A stretch of 64,000 nucleotides of DNA from the human T2T-CHM13v2.0 reference genome, Homo sapiens: NCBI RefSeq assembly GCF_009914755.1, contig NC_060926.1; one strand, written 5' to 3'. The position numbers and the translations under genes were made by a program. Numbering within the stretch: position 1 is the first letter of the stretch; each line of letters begins with the position of its first letter. Under the pieces are notes generated by a model that was not told where the DNA came from, searched no databases, and saw only the letters and a list, made by a program, of their open reading frames with translations. Below, in pieces: positions 40,641-55,582 of this stretch.

Positions 40641-41794
40641 TAGAGCGATGCTGCGATTGATGCTTTCATATTAACTTGAACGCCTCTGCAGTACAGGGGG
40701 CAATGCCACTGCTTGGAGTTAGGTTAGGGGGTTAAAAATGGGGCTGTACATGCAAGTTCAGAAGAGCCAAGTGGGGAGATTCATCAGCAGTGAGGGGCCA
40801 GTATTGGGAAACATCGTTGAAACTGAATTCAATTAGCATGGTTTGAGAACTTTTTTCTAAAAATGTTTGTTAGATTAAAGTAAATGGTGAGTGTTTCAAG
40901 GGTCTGGAGAGTGGCAAGGCAGTTTCAGTGGGCGGTCAAAGAGTCGAGGGACTCTAGGGTGCTTGCAAGGGAGGAGGCTTCAATGCCTGGCATTGGGCCC
41001 CGCTGGGCAGTAGGGCAAATGAAACTGGGAAGTGTGTGAGGCCCTTGTCCAGAAGAAATTAAGATCCAGGAGAAAGGATGAATGGTTGGCTGTCATGATA
41101 AGGGCAAGGATATATTTAGCAGGAGTGAGCATGCACACAAGCAAGGACTATCCAAAGGAGGGAATTTCAGGGTTTTGGACTTTTTAGCTGGGGTTAGTTT
41201 ACAGTATTGATTTCCCAGGTACTAAAGTAGAATAGGGATGAAATTTCTGGGGTTCCACAGGTCTGGGAGGTTTTAAGTCAGTGCTGAAAGGATCATCAAT
41301 ATGTATTTCTTTTGACAAAAATATTATTTAAGTCCACTCAGTGTGAAATATTATGCAAAATGGGTAATAATATACCAATTTACAAATGTGGAATTAGTTC
41401 CTAGAAGTATTTAATCAACTTGTGTGGAATCATCCATGTAGTGCATGGTGAACACAAACTTGGGAATCTGTCGTTTTTGAAGCCTCTGTTTTTTCCTACC
41501 AAATTACATTTCCTCAATAAGTTGATGAATTTTCCAAATTTCTAAAATTTTTCCATTAGACCTGCTATAGAAAATAAGTAACTACTTTCCACAATGGATT
41601 TTAAGTTACAATATAAACACCATATACTCTAATTGACCTAGGATCAATGATCAATGTACTTTATTTATGGACATTTTCTTTCCTGAAAATACAATTAAGA
41701 TACTTAATATTTGTGATAAAGCAGCTATCTGATAATAATCAATATGGATTCTGAACTCCTCAGAGTTAAATGCAAGGGGCAGAAAAGGAAGGAA

Positions 41795-42025
41795 AGAAAC
41801 TACTATTTACTGAGGGCCTACTATATGCCAGGCAGTGTGCCACATTTTTTTCATATCTACTCTAGCATTTAATCCTCATAACATTCCTATATTGGTAGGT
41901 AATACTGCACCCACTTTATATATGAAGAAGCTGAAGGCTTGTAAAGTGGCCCAAGGTCTTCCAGTGATGACCTGCCAGAAGCAAGCTATGAATCCACGTC
42001 TCACCCCAAAGCTGCCTGTGTTCTT
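41795..42025 (-). mobile_element. MIR
   Basis: ATTTACTGAGGGCCTACTATATGCCAGGCA..CATTTAATCCTCATAACA..ATGAAGAAGCTGAAGGC..GCCCAAGGTC. Confidence 0.8.
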
Positions 42026-42622
42026 TTGTGAGAAGAACAACAAGCTAACAGTTCATGTGATCTTTTGGGTCTCCTAGGGGTCAGTACACAATGGTGACCA
42101 GAATAGAGATAGTTTGCTATAAGTAGGGAGAGAAAATATGTTGTTAAGTGGGTGCATTGGGAGAGAGATCTGAAAATGGAAACGTGGAATCAGAGGTATA
42201 CTGACATCTCACACAAAGATATTGGGATGTGTGAAGGGGTGAGTTTTGAGGGGCTATCATGGGAAATTAGAATCCAATTAAAGGGAAATAGACATATTGG
42301 AATGGTTTAGGCTGGTCTCAAGAGGAGGTTTCAACTTCCTTATTGCCTTCCACCCAATACAAATATGACACTTGTTTTCATCCTCTCCATTTCTGCTCTC
42401 ATGTTTGCCAGGATCAATACCCAAGGATGGGCACTTCTCTAAGAGCTGTGATTGAGCTTGGTAAGTATTTCAGGAGCAATTCAAACAGATTCTTTTGAAT
42501 CCTGAAATGTGAAGTGATAGCTCTTGCATCTCTCAGTGGAAGGCAAGGGTTTAGAGTTTTGTAGAAAACTGACCTAACACTTAATTCTCCATTTCACATT
42601 GGCAGGCCAGGTACAAGGTAAC

Positions 42623-42834
42623 TTTTTTTCTTTCTTTTTTTTTTCAACTTTTATTTTAGATTCAGGGGGTACACGTACAGATTTGTTACCTGGGTATATC
42701 GTGTGATACTGACATTTGGGATATGAATGATCCCATCACCCAGGTACTGAGCATAGTATTCAATAGTTTGTTTTTCAACTCTTACCCCTCTTCCTCCCTC
42801 CCCTTCTAGAAGTCCCTAGTTTCTATTGTTGGCC
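42623..42834 (-). mobile_element. L1PA13-16-like 3' end
   Basis: T-rich tail, then CAACTTTTATTTTAGATTCAGGGGGTACACGT..GATCCCATCACCCAGGTACTGAGCATAGTA. Confidence 0.9.
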
Positions 42835-43574
42835 TTGTTGACACAGTGGGGGCTGAAGATAACTGCCCTTTGTTATTATTTGTACTATTTTACCTTTTAG
42901 ATTTCCTAACTAAGAACCACTTGTCCCCCAAGCTGGGCATATTTATTTATGAACCCTTAAAGGGGCTGATGTGAAATTCTGAAGATTTTCTGTTAGTCTT
43001 GACACTATGAATGGGGTTATTTCCTGGGCATGAATAAGAAGTGGTTGACATCAGTGAGTGATTAACCGGATCCTTGATGTTATGTTTTCTGGTTTCCAAA
43101 GGGCTGTTTCTATGAGGCTGACATCTATAGGGACCAGTTAAGGCCAGCTTCGGTCAAACATTATGAAAAGGGGTTTGGCTATTATTCAGATAGCACTGGA
43201 TCTGTGTTAGATCTTTTGTTCTTAGTGAATTTTTCCTTATGCAACAAATGTATAAACAGTGGATTCTACTTTAAAAAAAATTGTCCTCTTTCCTCCTAGG
43301 GAGAAATTCCTTCGATTTTATAGTTGTTGAACTTAGAACTTCTGGACACATTAAAATCAATTCCACACACTAAGATGCATTTTAAGAGTTATTAAGTAGA
43401 ATTTTTGATCATGTTTCTTTTCTACAGATACATTAGTGTTAAAGGGAAACATCATTTCTGGCTTTGAGTGGGTGTCCTACTTTGTTTCTGGTGATTCGCT
43501 GGGAGATAGGCCACCAAGAAGCATTACTTTGTCCTCTCAGCTAGATGGTAAAGATCAGCCAGGTGTGGAAAGAT

Positions 43575-43870
43575 CCATTCATCTATTCAGGAAACAGGTA
43601 CTGAGCGGTTGCTACTTGCCAGGTGTGTTCTGGGGCCTGGAATTACAGTAGGCAACAAGCCAGACAGAAGTCCTTGCCCATGAATTTCTGGTGGATGAGG
43701 CAGACAATAAAATAACCAACTAAGTATATAAATTATCATGAAGTGTTGGGGAGTTGTAAGCAGTATGAAGAAAAGCAGGTAAAGGTGATAGAGAGGGAGA
43801 AGAGCCATAATTTTCACAGAGTGGTCAGGGAAGACCTTTTTGAGGAGATGCCATTTGAACTGAGATCACA
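43575..43870 (-). mobile_element. L2a 3' end
   Basis: CATTCATCTATTCA..TACTGAGC..TGCCAGG..GTGGTCAGGGAAGACCT..GAGGAGATGCCATTTGAACTGAGA. Confidence 0.8.
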
Positions 43871-43904
43871 GTGATAGAAGGCTGGAGAAATTTGGCATGG
43901 GATG

Positions 43905-44100
43905 CTTTGCATTTGCTTTTTGACACACAGAGTGCTTTGTTGTGGCATTCAGTCCTCCCACAAACCCTGTGAAGAAGATATTAATATCTCTATTTTCAGA
44001 TGATAGAACTGAAATGGAGGCAGTTAAATGACTAGGAAGAATGTGTAGGGCCGGATCTCTCACTGGACTTAGCCCACATGGAGTATCTGGCCCCACACCT
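43905..44100 (-). mobile_element. MIR
   Basis: CATTCAGTCCTCCCACAAACCCTGTGAAG..CTATTTTCAGATGATAGAACTGA. Confidence 0.6.
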
Positions 44101-46321
44101 CCAATCTAACCTTCCAGTAAACATGCACCAACGCATTCAAGACAGTCACCGGGGCGGGTGTAAATTCACACAGCAGAGTAGCTAAGCGTTCAGGAGCGGG
44201 GTGGGAGCCAGAAAGAATGGGCCCTCAGAGGTGCCTGCCTTGGGGAAAAGTGAGTGCAGCTAGGCACTCATGGTCCTTTCTGGTCCAGCATGCTCAGACA
44301 ATGAGTAAAGGCCTTGGACACTGTCCTTGAAGTGTCCCAAATAACCTTATTTGAAGCCATTTAAAAAAAATCTGAAAACTTCCTTTAAAATGATATCCAC
44401 CAATCCCTCCCCACCAACTCACACCCCAGGTATTTAAGAAATGCTGTGAAGTAACTGACAATAAGCAAAATGCACAACGTGCCTTTTTGTTCTTTCTTTT
44501 CCATTTCAGTCAGAGAATTCAGGCTTTCTGTAGCTCCCTCTGGTAACAAGACATCTAAACATGTTCAAAACAGTGTTGTTATCTTTCACTTTACCCTTGA
44601 GCAATGCAAAGAAAACACTGTGAACTGGCAGACATCATTTTGCTAACACTCTCACATACATGCTAGCTGTGCTTCTCCTAGGAAACCTCCCCTTCTTTCT
44701 CTGGAAGAAGATTTTCTGCTTCATACTTTGGGGTCTGTTTCCAGGAAGCATGTGGCTCGACTTGCTCTTTTAATTTCATCCCAGCCCTATTCATTGCATC
44801 TTTAAATGAGCATTGTTTAGCAAATCCAGAAGCAGAACTTGTTTCTGGCTTCCTGGAAGGGATTTTACTTGGAATGTAAAGAGGTTGGAGAGCTGGGCTT
44901 TTGTTTCTGGCTTTGCAGAGGGAGATATGTGGCACACATACCATCGCTGTACATTCCGCGATCCATGGCAGACATCAATAATCACTCCTGGCATTTTCTC
45001 TTGTTACATTTGGACATGGTCCCCAGAGTTCTTCACAATCCATGGCAGTCCTTGCTGACTGCCAGAGCTGACTTATGGATATAACTTCCTTGTCATCTTA
45101 TCAGAACAGCTTCCTGGTGACAGCTGACTTTACTGTATCCACTATAAACTTACAAATAATTTTAAATGCTCTTATTTTACTCTTAGTATTCTCAGGACAA
45201 ATATAACAGAAATGTAATAGAATATCTATGGTTTCTGGCATGAAAGGAGGGTTTATTGAAATCTTTGAAGGGGATATGTTTAGGCAGTCAGTCTAGACAT
45301 GCACATTTTTAATAAGTTTCTTAGGTTTTGCTAATATTTCCACCTCTGTGTTGAGAAACATTACAGCACACATTTCTAGTTTTTGGCACAGGCTTTTAGC
45401 TGCCTTCTTAATAGAGCAGGCACTCCTGGGCGAGCCTGGGGAAGGGAGATCTGGAAAGCACCTTTAGTTGTGCAAAACTCTGAGGGCCAATCTGACTGTG
45501 GCAAAATCACGTCCTCATCCCAGGGAACTGTAATGGTGGCTGAGTTTCTTGAGAATAGTGAGGCAAGTCTCTCTCTTACCACACAAAGTGTTGGCTGCTG
45601 GCTTTGCCCTTTGGAGAAATAACTTCAGGCCTGGAAAGAAGATGGTCTCCCTGGTGGAAAGGAGCCAGCTTCTCCCTTGCTTGCCTGCCGCAGAGTGGCC
45701 AGCGTTCCTGTCAGCATGAAGCTGGACTGGCCCACCTGGTCAGGGCAAGAGGCGGCTTTTCTTACAAAGACTCCATTTGTAGTTTCTAAGAAAGAACTTC
45801 TTAGAATGTTCAAAACCAAGTCGTGAAAATATTTTTTTGGAGTCACCTCATTAGTTTTAACAATAAATGCTCATAACTGGAAGTAATGATTTGGCAATTA
45901 TAAGTCAAACTTCAAGTAGGGGTAGGAGACCTATTTCTAGAGAAACAAATAGGGCTGCCTCCCATTGAGCTAAATTGTGCTTTGAACTTTCCTAGAGTTT
46001 ATTTTCCCCCAGGACCTTTAAGAACTGAGCAAATATCAGTTCATCAATAAAACCTGTGTTTGTAGATGGTTTATGCTGAAGTATTTTCGACTCGGCGTCT
46101 GTATTTGAATGTGGGAACTGAGTCAGAGAGACTTGCCCAGATCATCTCTGTCTAACTCTTTGAGTGGTACGCAGGGTGGGTGCAATGAGGCAGGGTGGGG
46201 TAGACAGCACTGTGACTTCTGGTCCCCACAGGTGATCTAATGACCTAGGAGTCTGCCTGGTATGTGTTGTTATAGCATGCATATCAGTCTCCTGTTCTGT
46301 GCTATAATTCATGCGCTTGCT

Positions 46322-46625
46322 TATTCATTGAATTATTCAACAAATGCTAATAATTGCCTATGATATCCCAAGCCCTAGGCTTTGTGCTTGGAAACTAAGA
46401 TAAGTAAAATATTGTCCTGCCCTCATATAACTCTAAGTCTAGTGAAGAAAACAGATCCATGCATAGATGTTTTGAAGCAGTGCAGCAGGCCGTGATAGAG
46501 AAATGCCCTGAGCTTTCTGGTGTGTAAGGAAAGTTCTCTAATCCTGATGGGGGAGTGAAGAAGGATGTGTGTGGGAAGCTTCCTTGTGAAGGTGACAACC
46601 TGAATTTTAATGGAAATGCAATAGG
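46322..46625 (-). mobile_element. L2 3' end
   Basis: ATTCATTGAATTATTCAACAAATG..GTCCTGCCCTCA..CTAAGTCTAGTG..GGGAAGCTTCCT. Confidence 0.7.
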
Positions 46626-47059
46626 AGGCAGTTTTCTTTTATTCATTTTTCTTCTTTCCCTAGGTGGGGCCTGACATGTTCCAAAGTTAGACAAACAGAA
46701 GGAGCGTTTGATGGTGAAACATAAGGCAGAACAGGGATTCCTTGGGCACAGAAATGTGCAGGTGGTATGCTGAGAGGGGGTCAGTGGTGGTCTCATGAAT
46801 TGCTCAGTTGGCTTGTTCCTAAAGCCAGTGGCTCTACTCTCAGGTTGGAACAGGGTCTGATTCTGTTTCTCGCTTTCTTTCTCTACCCAATAATTGCAGT
46901 TCCTCTGAAAGCTCTGTGCCAAATCTTCCATTCTGTGAGCAGCATCCCTAACCTTTCAGCTCTCCATCCTCATCTAGACCGCTAATTTATTTGTTCCTAC
47001 CACTTTTTCACTTTTCACCCACTCCCTTTCTCTTAATTACTTCCTTTTTTAGCGCAGAT

Positions 47060-47330
47060 TCCAAGATTCAACATGAAAAACACTCCCTTGTAAAGCCCTT
47101 GACCTCTTGGTCTCTCTCTTACTCTGTAACATTCATCTGGCAAAACCCCAACCATGCTTAACACCGTCTATCTGTCTACTCAATACTTGCACCCAAGCAA
47201 CTGAGCAAGCGAGAGAACAACACACAGCCATGCCTTAGATGTACAAGGACACGCCTGGAATGGGTACTCGACACCGCCCTGCAATCTGCCACACTCCCCT
47301 AGTTGTATATACGGGCTCACACTCGCCAAC
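47060..47330 (+). mobile_element. L2 internal fragment
   Basis: CACTCCCTTG..CCCTTGACCTCTTGG..CTGGCAAAACCCCAACCATG..CCCAAGCAACTGAGC. Confidence 0.55.
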
Positions 47331-47341
47331 CAGTTATTTCA

Positions 47342-48240
47342 CACATTCATTCATGATCCATCTGGTGGGCATTTCCTTTATGTCTGGCACAGTGACAAGC
47401 CCTGGGGACAGAGCGGGAAACATGACACACAAGCACCATCATACTGCTTACTGAGAGCTATGCAGGGAATGTTGGGTGAATTGACGGACGGCCTGGCTGA
47501 CTGCTTTACATAGATTGCTTTGGGAAAACCTCACTGAGGACATATTCAAGCAAGTATCTCAATACCAAGAAGGAGCCAGCCCATGAAGATCAGAGGAAGG
47601 AGCATTCTAAGCATTTGGAACAAATGGAGCAAAGCCCCTGAGATGGGCTTGTCTTGTTCAAGGAACAGGAAGGCCAGTGTGGCCAGACCATAGTGGTCAA
47701 AGAAGAGAGTATCATGGAATTAAGAGTAGACATGCAAGAATGTAGAATTGCAGGTGTAGGCAGGTTGGAGATTCAGGAAGTTGCACTGGATGGCTCTGGT
47801 TTCCTTGCCCAAGGAGCAGCTAGTCTCCCTTAGAACTCAGGGTGTGTGGTAAGTGTTGTGCAGGTGGCTCAGGAGAGTGGGGGACTTTGTCACAGTCACT
47901 TTGGTAAATGGGACAGGGAGCTGACCAAGAATTGGAGTAAGAATTGGAGGTTGGAGATGTGGCATCTCTGTAACTGGGGTCAGAGTTTATAGTGGCTGTG
48001 ATCATCCTGGCTGTAAATGGGAGCAGGGGAGGTAGATTCTTGCATTGATCTGGGGATGGTGTTTTTCAGAATGGATTTGGGAAAAAAGGATAAGGTGTTA
48101 AAGAAATGAGACTGCAGGTGGGCAATAGTTTGAAGATCAAGTACAGGGTTCAAGCTGTTAGAGGAAAGATGCCAAGATAGCTGTTAGAGCCCGGGACTAA
48201 ACCGAGATCAAGAATCCTTTATGAGATTGAAAAGCAGCTG
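47342..48240 (-). mobile_element. L2 fragments
   Basis: CATTCATTCATG..TATGTCTGGCACAGTG..CAAGGAACAGGAAGGCCAGTGTGGCC, followed by G-rich L2-like body. Confidence 0.65.
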
Positions 48241-48281
48241 TAGAATGAGTTTTAAATAGTGTTTAATTATTTATTTATTTT

Positions 48282-48860
48282 GCAGCCCAGCAATAGCAGC
48301 CTGAGTTCTAGCTCAGAGCCTGCTTTTGATAGCAGATTGAGACATCAGCTTTGCACCTGGCAGGCCAGGAGATATTAAGGAGTTCTGTTTGAATGAGTTT
48401 GCCTTGTCTAGGCTAAGGTATTTGTTAGGAGGGCCAGAAGCAAGGATCTTGGAGAAAAGAGAGAAGCAAGAAAAGGAGTGAGGGGAAATGGGCCAGAAGA
48501 AAGCAAGCTTTCACAAAGGAAAGTTGCTGATTCTGTGTGTGATCAATCATGCTAACAAAGAGGCCAGTGACACAGCCTTGTCCTCCCAGAACATCGTCAT
48601 TCTACCAACTGAAGCCCCTTTGGGAGATGCCAGTGGTGATTTATAGGAGGTACTCCTGCATGCTGTAGGAGCTTACTCTACTATGCACAGGGTTCTTTGC
48701 TGATAGAACACTTCCTTTTAAAATTCCCTTTTGTGGGCAAGCAAATCTCACATCTTAATACAAAGCAAACCTTTGGAAGATAAACACTTTTAAATCTTAC
48801 ATTTTAAAATAAAAAGTTTCCCTAGCCTTGCCTGAGGATTGATAGGCATAAAAACATTCC
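48282..48860 (+). repeat. dispersed direct duplication, copy B (paralog of 30790-31345)
   Basis: Begins its core with the same 29-mer CTTTCACAAAGGAAAGTTGCTGATTCTGT (48508) as copy A (31015). Confidence 0.9.
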
Positions 48861-49555
48861 CCAGCAAGTGTCATTTTACCAAATCTAAATTCTCAAGGCG
48901 ATCTTGTGTCTTTCACTAGAATCTTTCTTAGACACTCTTGAAAGAACTTAAAGTTTGCATTGATTTTATTAATTTTACTTTATTGGGTGAAGAATACTGC
49001 TAATATAATACATGTTCTATTCATTTGCAGTCTTATTTCTAATTAGGCATTTGATGAGGACTTGTTGATGGATTAGTTGCCTGGCCTTTTACTTTTCTGC
49101 CCGGGGCAACTGAGGCAATGTACTTTAAGGCCAGTACTACAGGATGTTAATTAGCAAAAAGCCAAAAAGAAAAAAAAATTCAGCAGTCAAAAAGGTTAGA
49201 GATACTCTGGAAAAAATAATGTGAAACACATTTTTTTTGTAACTGCTGACTTTCTGGGAGGTTTTAATATGCTAAGGAACATTGAGAGTTTCCAAGAGGG
49301 GGATAAAGTATGCGGTATGTCTACATCCTTTTGAGCATAGGGTCTTCTTTTGTTGGAGTGGTTTATGGGACTGATATTCTACAGAAAACCCTTTGAAACC
49401 TATAACATTAAGATTTCCAATAGAGGATGCTGGGGGCAGAAAAGGAATGAAACTCAGAATAATACTCTTTATATACGAGAAACCAAATTCTATATTTTCT
49501 TTTAGTTTTACTTTAGTAATTGTTTTATTCATTTCCATGTTCCATCTACATGCTA

Positions 49556-49563
49556 TCTGTCTG

Positions 49564-49601
<38 letters not shown>

Positions 49602-49658
49602 ATCTATGTATGTATCTATCTAATCTCTCTCTCTTTCTTTCTATCATCTATCTATCTT
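49556..49658 (+). repeat. compound tetranucleotide STR [TCTG]2[TCTA]9 TCA TCTA [TGTA]2[TCTA]2...
   Basis: Seen directly. Confidence 0.93.
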
Positions 49659-49697
49659 CTTACAATAAAACCAGTATTCCTCCAACCAAGAAGGGCT

Positions 49698-50491
<794 letters not shown>

Positions 50492-51861
50492 TCGTCGTTT
50501 GAAAAAAAGGGTAAAGCTCCAGATTATTAACCTGACATTAATGGCCTCTCTCCAATGTGGTCCCAAACTATTCTTCCAACTATTCATCTCCAATTATTCC
50601 ATTATGAATTCACTGCTGAAAATCCAGCTGCTTTTTGTGCCCACAACAAAATCACACTTTCCTTCCTCCACATCTTTGCCTATTAAATTGTGAGTTCCTT
50701 GAATAGTTCTTTCAAAAATATTTTCTCAGGACTTAACAAAGTGCTTAGAATGTAATTGATTCTAAGCTATTGATAGATATTGGAATAAAAATCAATGCAT
50801 AAACAAAGGAGGTCATCCTCCTAGATAGACATATGTTTTCTATTCTTTTCCACATGTTTAAGTCCTGTTCATCCTAAAATATCAAGTTCAAATATCATTG
50901 CTTGTTGAAGTGTTCTCTAGTTGTCCCCAAATTAAGCAACTTTCCTACCTTGAGTGCCAATATAAAGCATTGCTTATACTAATTACATAGCCCTTGATAT
51001 TTACAACCATAATGCTTTGGCGTCTTTCCATGATCTTATATATAATTTCTCCAACTAGTTCTTAAGGTATTTGAGGGCAGTACTGTACCTTATTATTATT
51101 TTGCTTCTTATCTTCCTCCTTCTTCTCATTTTTAAATTCTCCTTAAGACCTATACAGTGTGTGTTAGGTACACACTGTGTATTCATAATCTATTTGTTGG
51201 TTATTATGAGCCAAAAATAAAATGATAGCTCTCAAAACCAAAAAAAATGCAAAATCTTATCTTAGGCGGTGTGACATCTGTAGTGCATTCAGATCCAGGG
51301 TGATCACTCTGAACTCCGCACCATTTATGTTGTAAGCATTGTGCACTATTCCAGGAGGATGTGGTCATGAGAGGATAGAGCTCAGTTTCCCACCCCAACT
51401 CTTCAAGAGCAGTTCTACCATATCAGAAGGCTATTATATACAATTTCATTTGGATAAAGTTCTTTAGCTAGGACAAAATTAAAAGGAACATGGACAAAGA
51501 AATGAGGAATTCAGAAATTATAACGAGCTTTTAGAGGCACTGGGGGTGTTCAGGGATATCTGAGAAGACATGATGCCCGTCTTCAGTTAATTGAAGTCAG
51601 GTATACACAGGATTCATGCTAAATAGCACCTGATAATTGACCTAAAGTGAATTGATGGTTAGATTTTGAGTTAGTCTCAGGAAGACTTTAATAGTAGAGA
51701 GTACCGTCAATGGACTGGGCTTTCCTATTAAGTATCATGCTCTGTATCATTGGAATTTTCCAAAGGGAGTCAAACAGGTAGACTTCTGTTATGAAGAATG
51801 ACTTAATGGCAACAGGTTGAATTTAGTGAATTTGTTCCAATACTTAATTTCTGGGCTGCTT

Positions 51862-52400
51862 TTAGTCTAAGTTTAGTCAGACAGAAGGAAAGCATTCTAG
51901 GTATTCAAACAGAAGGAGTTAAATGCAAGGAATTGGTTATACATTTGTAGGAAGGGCTGGAAGAGCAAAAGGGAGGTAGACAGAGCATGGAAGAGGTAAG
52001 AGGAAGAAGGGGTAAAACTGAGATACAAGAGGCTGCCAGTGTCCTAGGGTGAAGCCCATAAAGCTGCCTCTTCTGCTGCTTTGTTGGAGACACTTTTCAG
52101 TTATATCTGGATGCAGTGAGGAAGAGCTGCATGAACCAGGCCTACAACTGTGCAGGCTGCTGCAGTTCAGAATCATCTCATCCTGCTGCAACAGCAGCAA
52201 CCACCTGGGACTGTTGGCAATTGACACTGTCAGAGCCAGAAGCAGGAATATTTTCTAAGTGCTTCCTATTGGCAGAACCTAACAGGAAGCTAGTAGACAA
52301 GGGAACCTGGGAACTGTAGTTCACAGACTCACAGTCCAGCAAAAATAGAGCACAGTATACAAAGGCAGGTGGGGTGCTGACAGACAAGAAGTCAGTCGTT
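51862..52400 (-). mobile_element. ancient ERV solo LTR (LTR78/79-like)
   Basis: CATTCTAGGTATTCAAACAGAAGGAGTTAAATGCAAGGAATTGGTTA..CCTATTGGCAGAACCTAACAGGAAGC..GGGAACTGTAGTT. Confidence 0.6.
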
Positions 52401-52803
52401 GACATTTGGGCCCCTAGGCCCACTCTGGTACAAGCATCCATCTCTCATAGGAACAATCGCAGTGGCTCCAATTAGTCTCCTTCAATCCCCTTGGCCTTTC
52501 TTCTATCTGCTGTTTATGATAAAGCTGGAGGGGTCTCTTTAAAACAAACATCTAATTATGTCTCTCCTTTGCTGAAAACCTCCCAGTAGCTTCCCATTAC
52601 CATTAAGGCAAGAGTCTACTCTTTTGTATACATGTCTAGAAGGCCTTGTGTAGTCTGTTCCTTCTTCATCTTTATAGCTTTCTCTGACATTAGATTTCTT
52701 CTTGGTCTTTGTAATGCAGTTATCATGGTTTCTTTCAGTTTCTTGAATGTGCTGTTCTCCTTTTCTGCCATGTGTCTTTTGTACATGCTTCTCCCTCTCT
52801 ATA

Positions 52804-53218
52804 GGATATGTTTTGGATTTGTGTCCCCACCCAAATCTCATGTTCAATGGTAATCCCCAGTGTTGGAGGTGGGGCCTTCTGGGAGGTGATAGATCATGGG
52901 GATGGATCCTTCATGAATGGTTTAGCACTGCCCCTTTGGTGCTGCTCTCATGATAGAGTTCTCATGAGATCTGGTTGTTTAAACGTGTGGCACCTCCCAG
53001 CCTCACTTTCTTGCTGCTCCAGCCATGAGATGTGCCGGCTCCCACTTTACCTTCCTCCATGATTGTAAATTTCTTGAGGCCTCCCCAGAAGCCGAGCAGA
53101 TGCCAGAATCATGCTTCCTGTACAGCCTGTAGAACTGTGAGCCAATTAAACCTCTTTTCTTTATAAATTACCAAGTCTCAGGTATGTCTTTATAGCAATG
53201 TGAGAACAGACTAATACA
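52804..53218 (+). mobile_element. MSTA MaLR solo LTR
   Basis: GATATG..TGTGTCCCCACCCAAATCTCATGTT..AGCCAATTAAACCTCTTTTCTTTATAAATTACC..GACTAATACA. Confidence 0.92.
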
Positions 53219-53417
53219 ATATGGTATGTTCTCCCTCCACATAACCCAGACATTCATTCGTTCTTCAGAATTCAACTCAATCAGCCTTCTTTCATAGACA
53301 CTTTCCTTAGTCTTTCTGACTGGGTCAATTGTACTATTTTAGTATAAATGTTTCCATCTATTACTTACTTACTTCTATGTCTCTCTCTCCTCCCCTGACA
53401 CACACACACACATTTAA

Positions 53418-53718
<301 letters not shown>

Positions 53719-55582
53719 CACACATTTAATTTCTATCTCTTCCTCTCAACTGTAAACTTTTGTGAATTCAGGAATTATGTCTTTTTCTTTGCTCAACAAT
53801 GCTCACTCAACACCTAGCACAGTGCCTTGTATATAAAGGATGCTTAAAAAGTGAATAAATATACAAAGGCATGGGTATATGATCTGATGATTCATTCTTG
53901 CTGAGTGAAAGTTAAAATATCCTGGGAACCAGTGTCAGTTGTCTACTTTTTATTGCACACTTGAAATGCTGGATTCACTGTTGGGCTTATCTTAGGGATC
54001 ATGTAAATATTAGAAAAATGACAATCATTTTTTTCTCTGACTCTTGTTTGAGAGGTAAGTCTATCTCTATAAAAATATAACATGCTTTTGGAGATATTTT
54101 GCCTTTTCTTTGTACTCCTGAGATCCCCTGCTCTCCTTAATGGCTTCAATCTTTATCAAGATCTCTCTCATGGGAGAAGCCCTCTAAGAATGCTGACTTT
54201 GTTTGCTGGGTGATTTTGAAGCCTAGTCTATTCTGGGAACAAAAACCCAAGCTGAAATGGTTTGCATTTGCCATTGGGAATTTAAACCACTTGTCTCTAA
54301 GACTGTAGCGACAGGAACACAGGGAAAAATAGATGAGGATCTGAGTTGCAAAAATTCCCCAGGACTCATTGGAAAACTACCTAAGGAAGGAGGGGGGGAA
54401 AAGGCACCAAACAATCTCTAAAAAGAGCCATATTGGGGTCAGCATCTAGCTAGTTTATTAATTTCTTTGACTGTTGTTTTTTCCTTTAATTTCTGTCCCT
54501 GAACCTGGCAAAGAATTGTGGCAGTTAGTCCCCAAGTCAGTTTGCGGGGAGGCCATGTTTAGTAGTGCAGGTGCCATCTGGATTTTGAATTTGCCATGAG
54601 AACACCCTCTGCTAGGCTTGAGGTGTTTAGATGATGGTGAGACGGGCAATAAGGGAGAAATATGACATTGCTCATGAGTGATTATTATTCTTGTTATTTA
54701 TTCCCTATTCCTTAAACCATAGGTGAAATGTCCTAGTCAAAGACTTTAGCTGACAGGGGACTCCCAGTCTCTTCCAGATGGAGAAAATGTGAACCTGAAG
54801 GGATTATTTTTGCAGTGTTTACAGTGCATAGAAGTTTCCTTAAATATATAATCAGAGGTAATTAGACTGTGTGGTGTAAGAAGGGGTATAAACACTATTG
54901 ACATGCTAGTCTCGAAATAGGCACCATCTGAGTTGATTTGCCTTTGACAGTTCCTGATTTTCAATATTTTTGATATTTTGGGAAGCAGATGTGATGAGGG
55001 TGAAGAAGTTTAAGCCCAAGAATAACATCTCTTGGCTCCAAGATAATATTGCTTGTTTGCATCTTCTTATCTTCTTAATCTATGGAGAGACACCAGCACA
55101 CGGAGGGATATTGTCAATCTAGGGCTTAGTAAATTGGATGATTCAAGATGGCAAGGTTTTACCTGCTGCCAGATGAATAAGCTTCCGTTAAATCTATGGA
55201 AATTCTCTGCCACAGGGGTTGACATCTTTTACTCTGGGTCGAATTTTTTAAAGTTACCCCTTCCAGTCTTGAAACAGACTTAATATCAGTATTTTGTTGT
55301 GCCTGTCAGAAGTTTTTAAGTCATTCTTTCAGTATTGTGTGAAAATATAAAACACTACAGCAATTCACAATATGATTATTAACAATTCCACTTAGGAATA
55401 ACTGGTGTTTCCTTGATTTAAGACACATTTGATAATGCCAAATGTGTTTCCCCTTGCATACATAATAAATGTGTCCCAGGGCCATGGCAGCCTGGAGTTA
55501 GAATCTTGGTACTAAAAGCTAGCATTGCATTTATTCTAAGGCTCAGTGCTTTCCTACAGAGCCCCATATAAATGCTTCCACA

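Noticed and set aside
46395-46931. 178-aa minus-strand ORF
   Set aside because: Overlaps an L2 relic; no recognisable protein features
51151-51181. Hairpin ACAGTGTGT..ACACACTGT
   Set aside because: Low-complexity stem in a probable L2 tail; too short for a pre-miRNA
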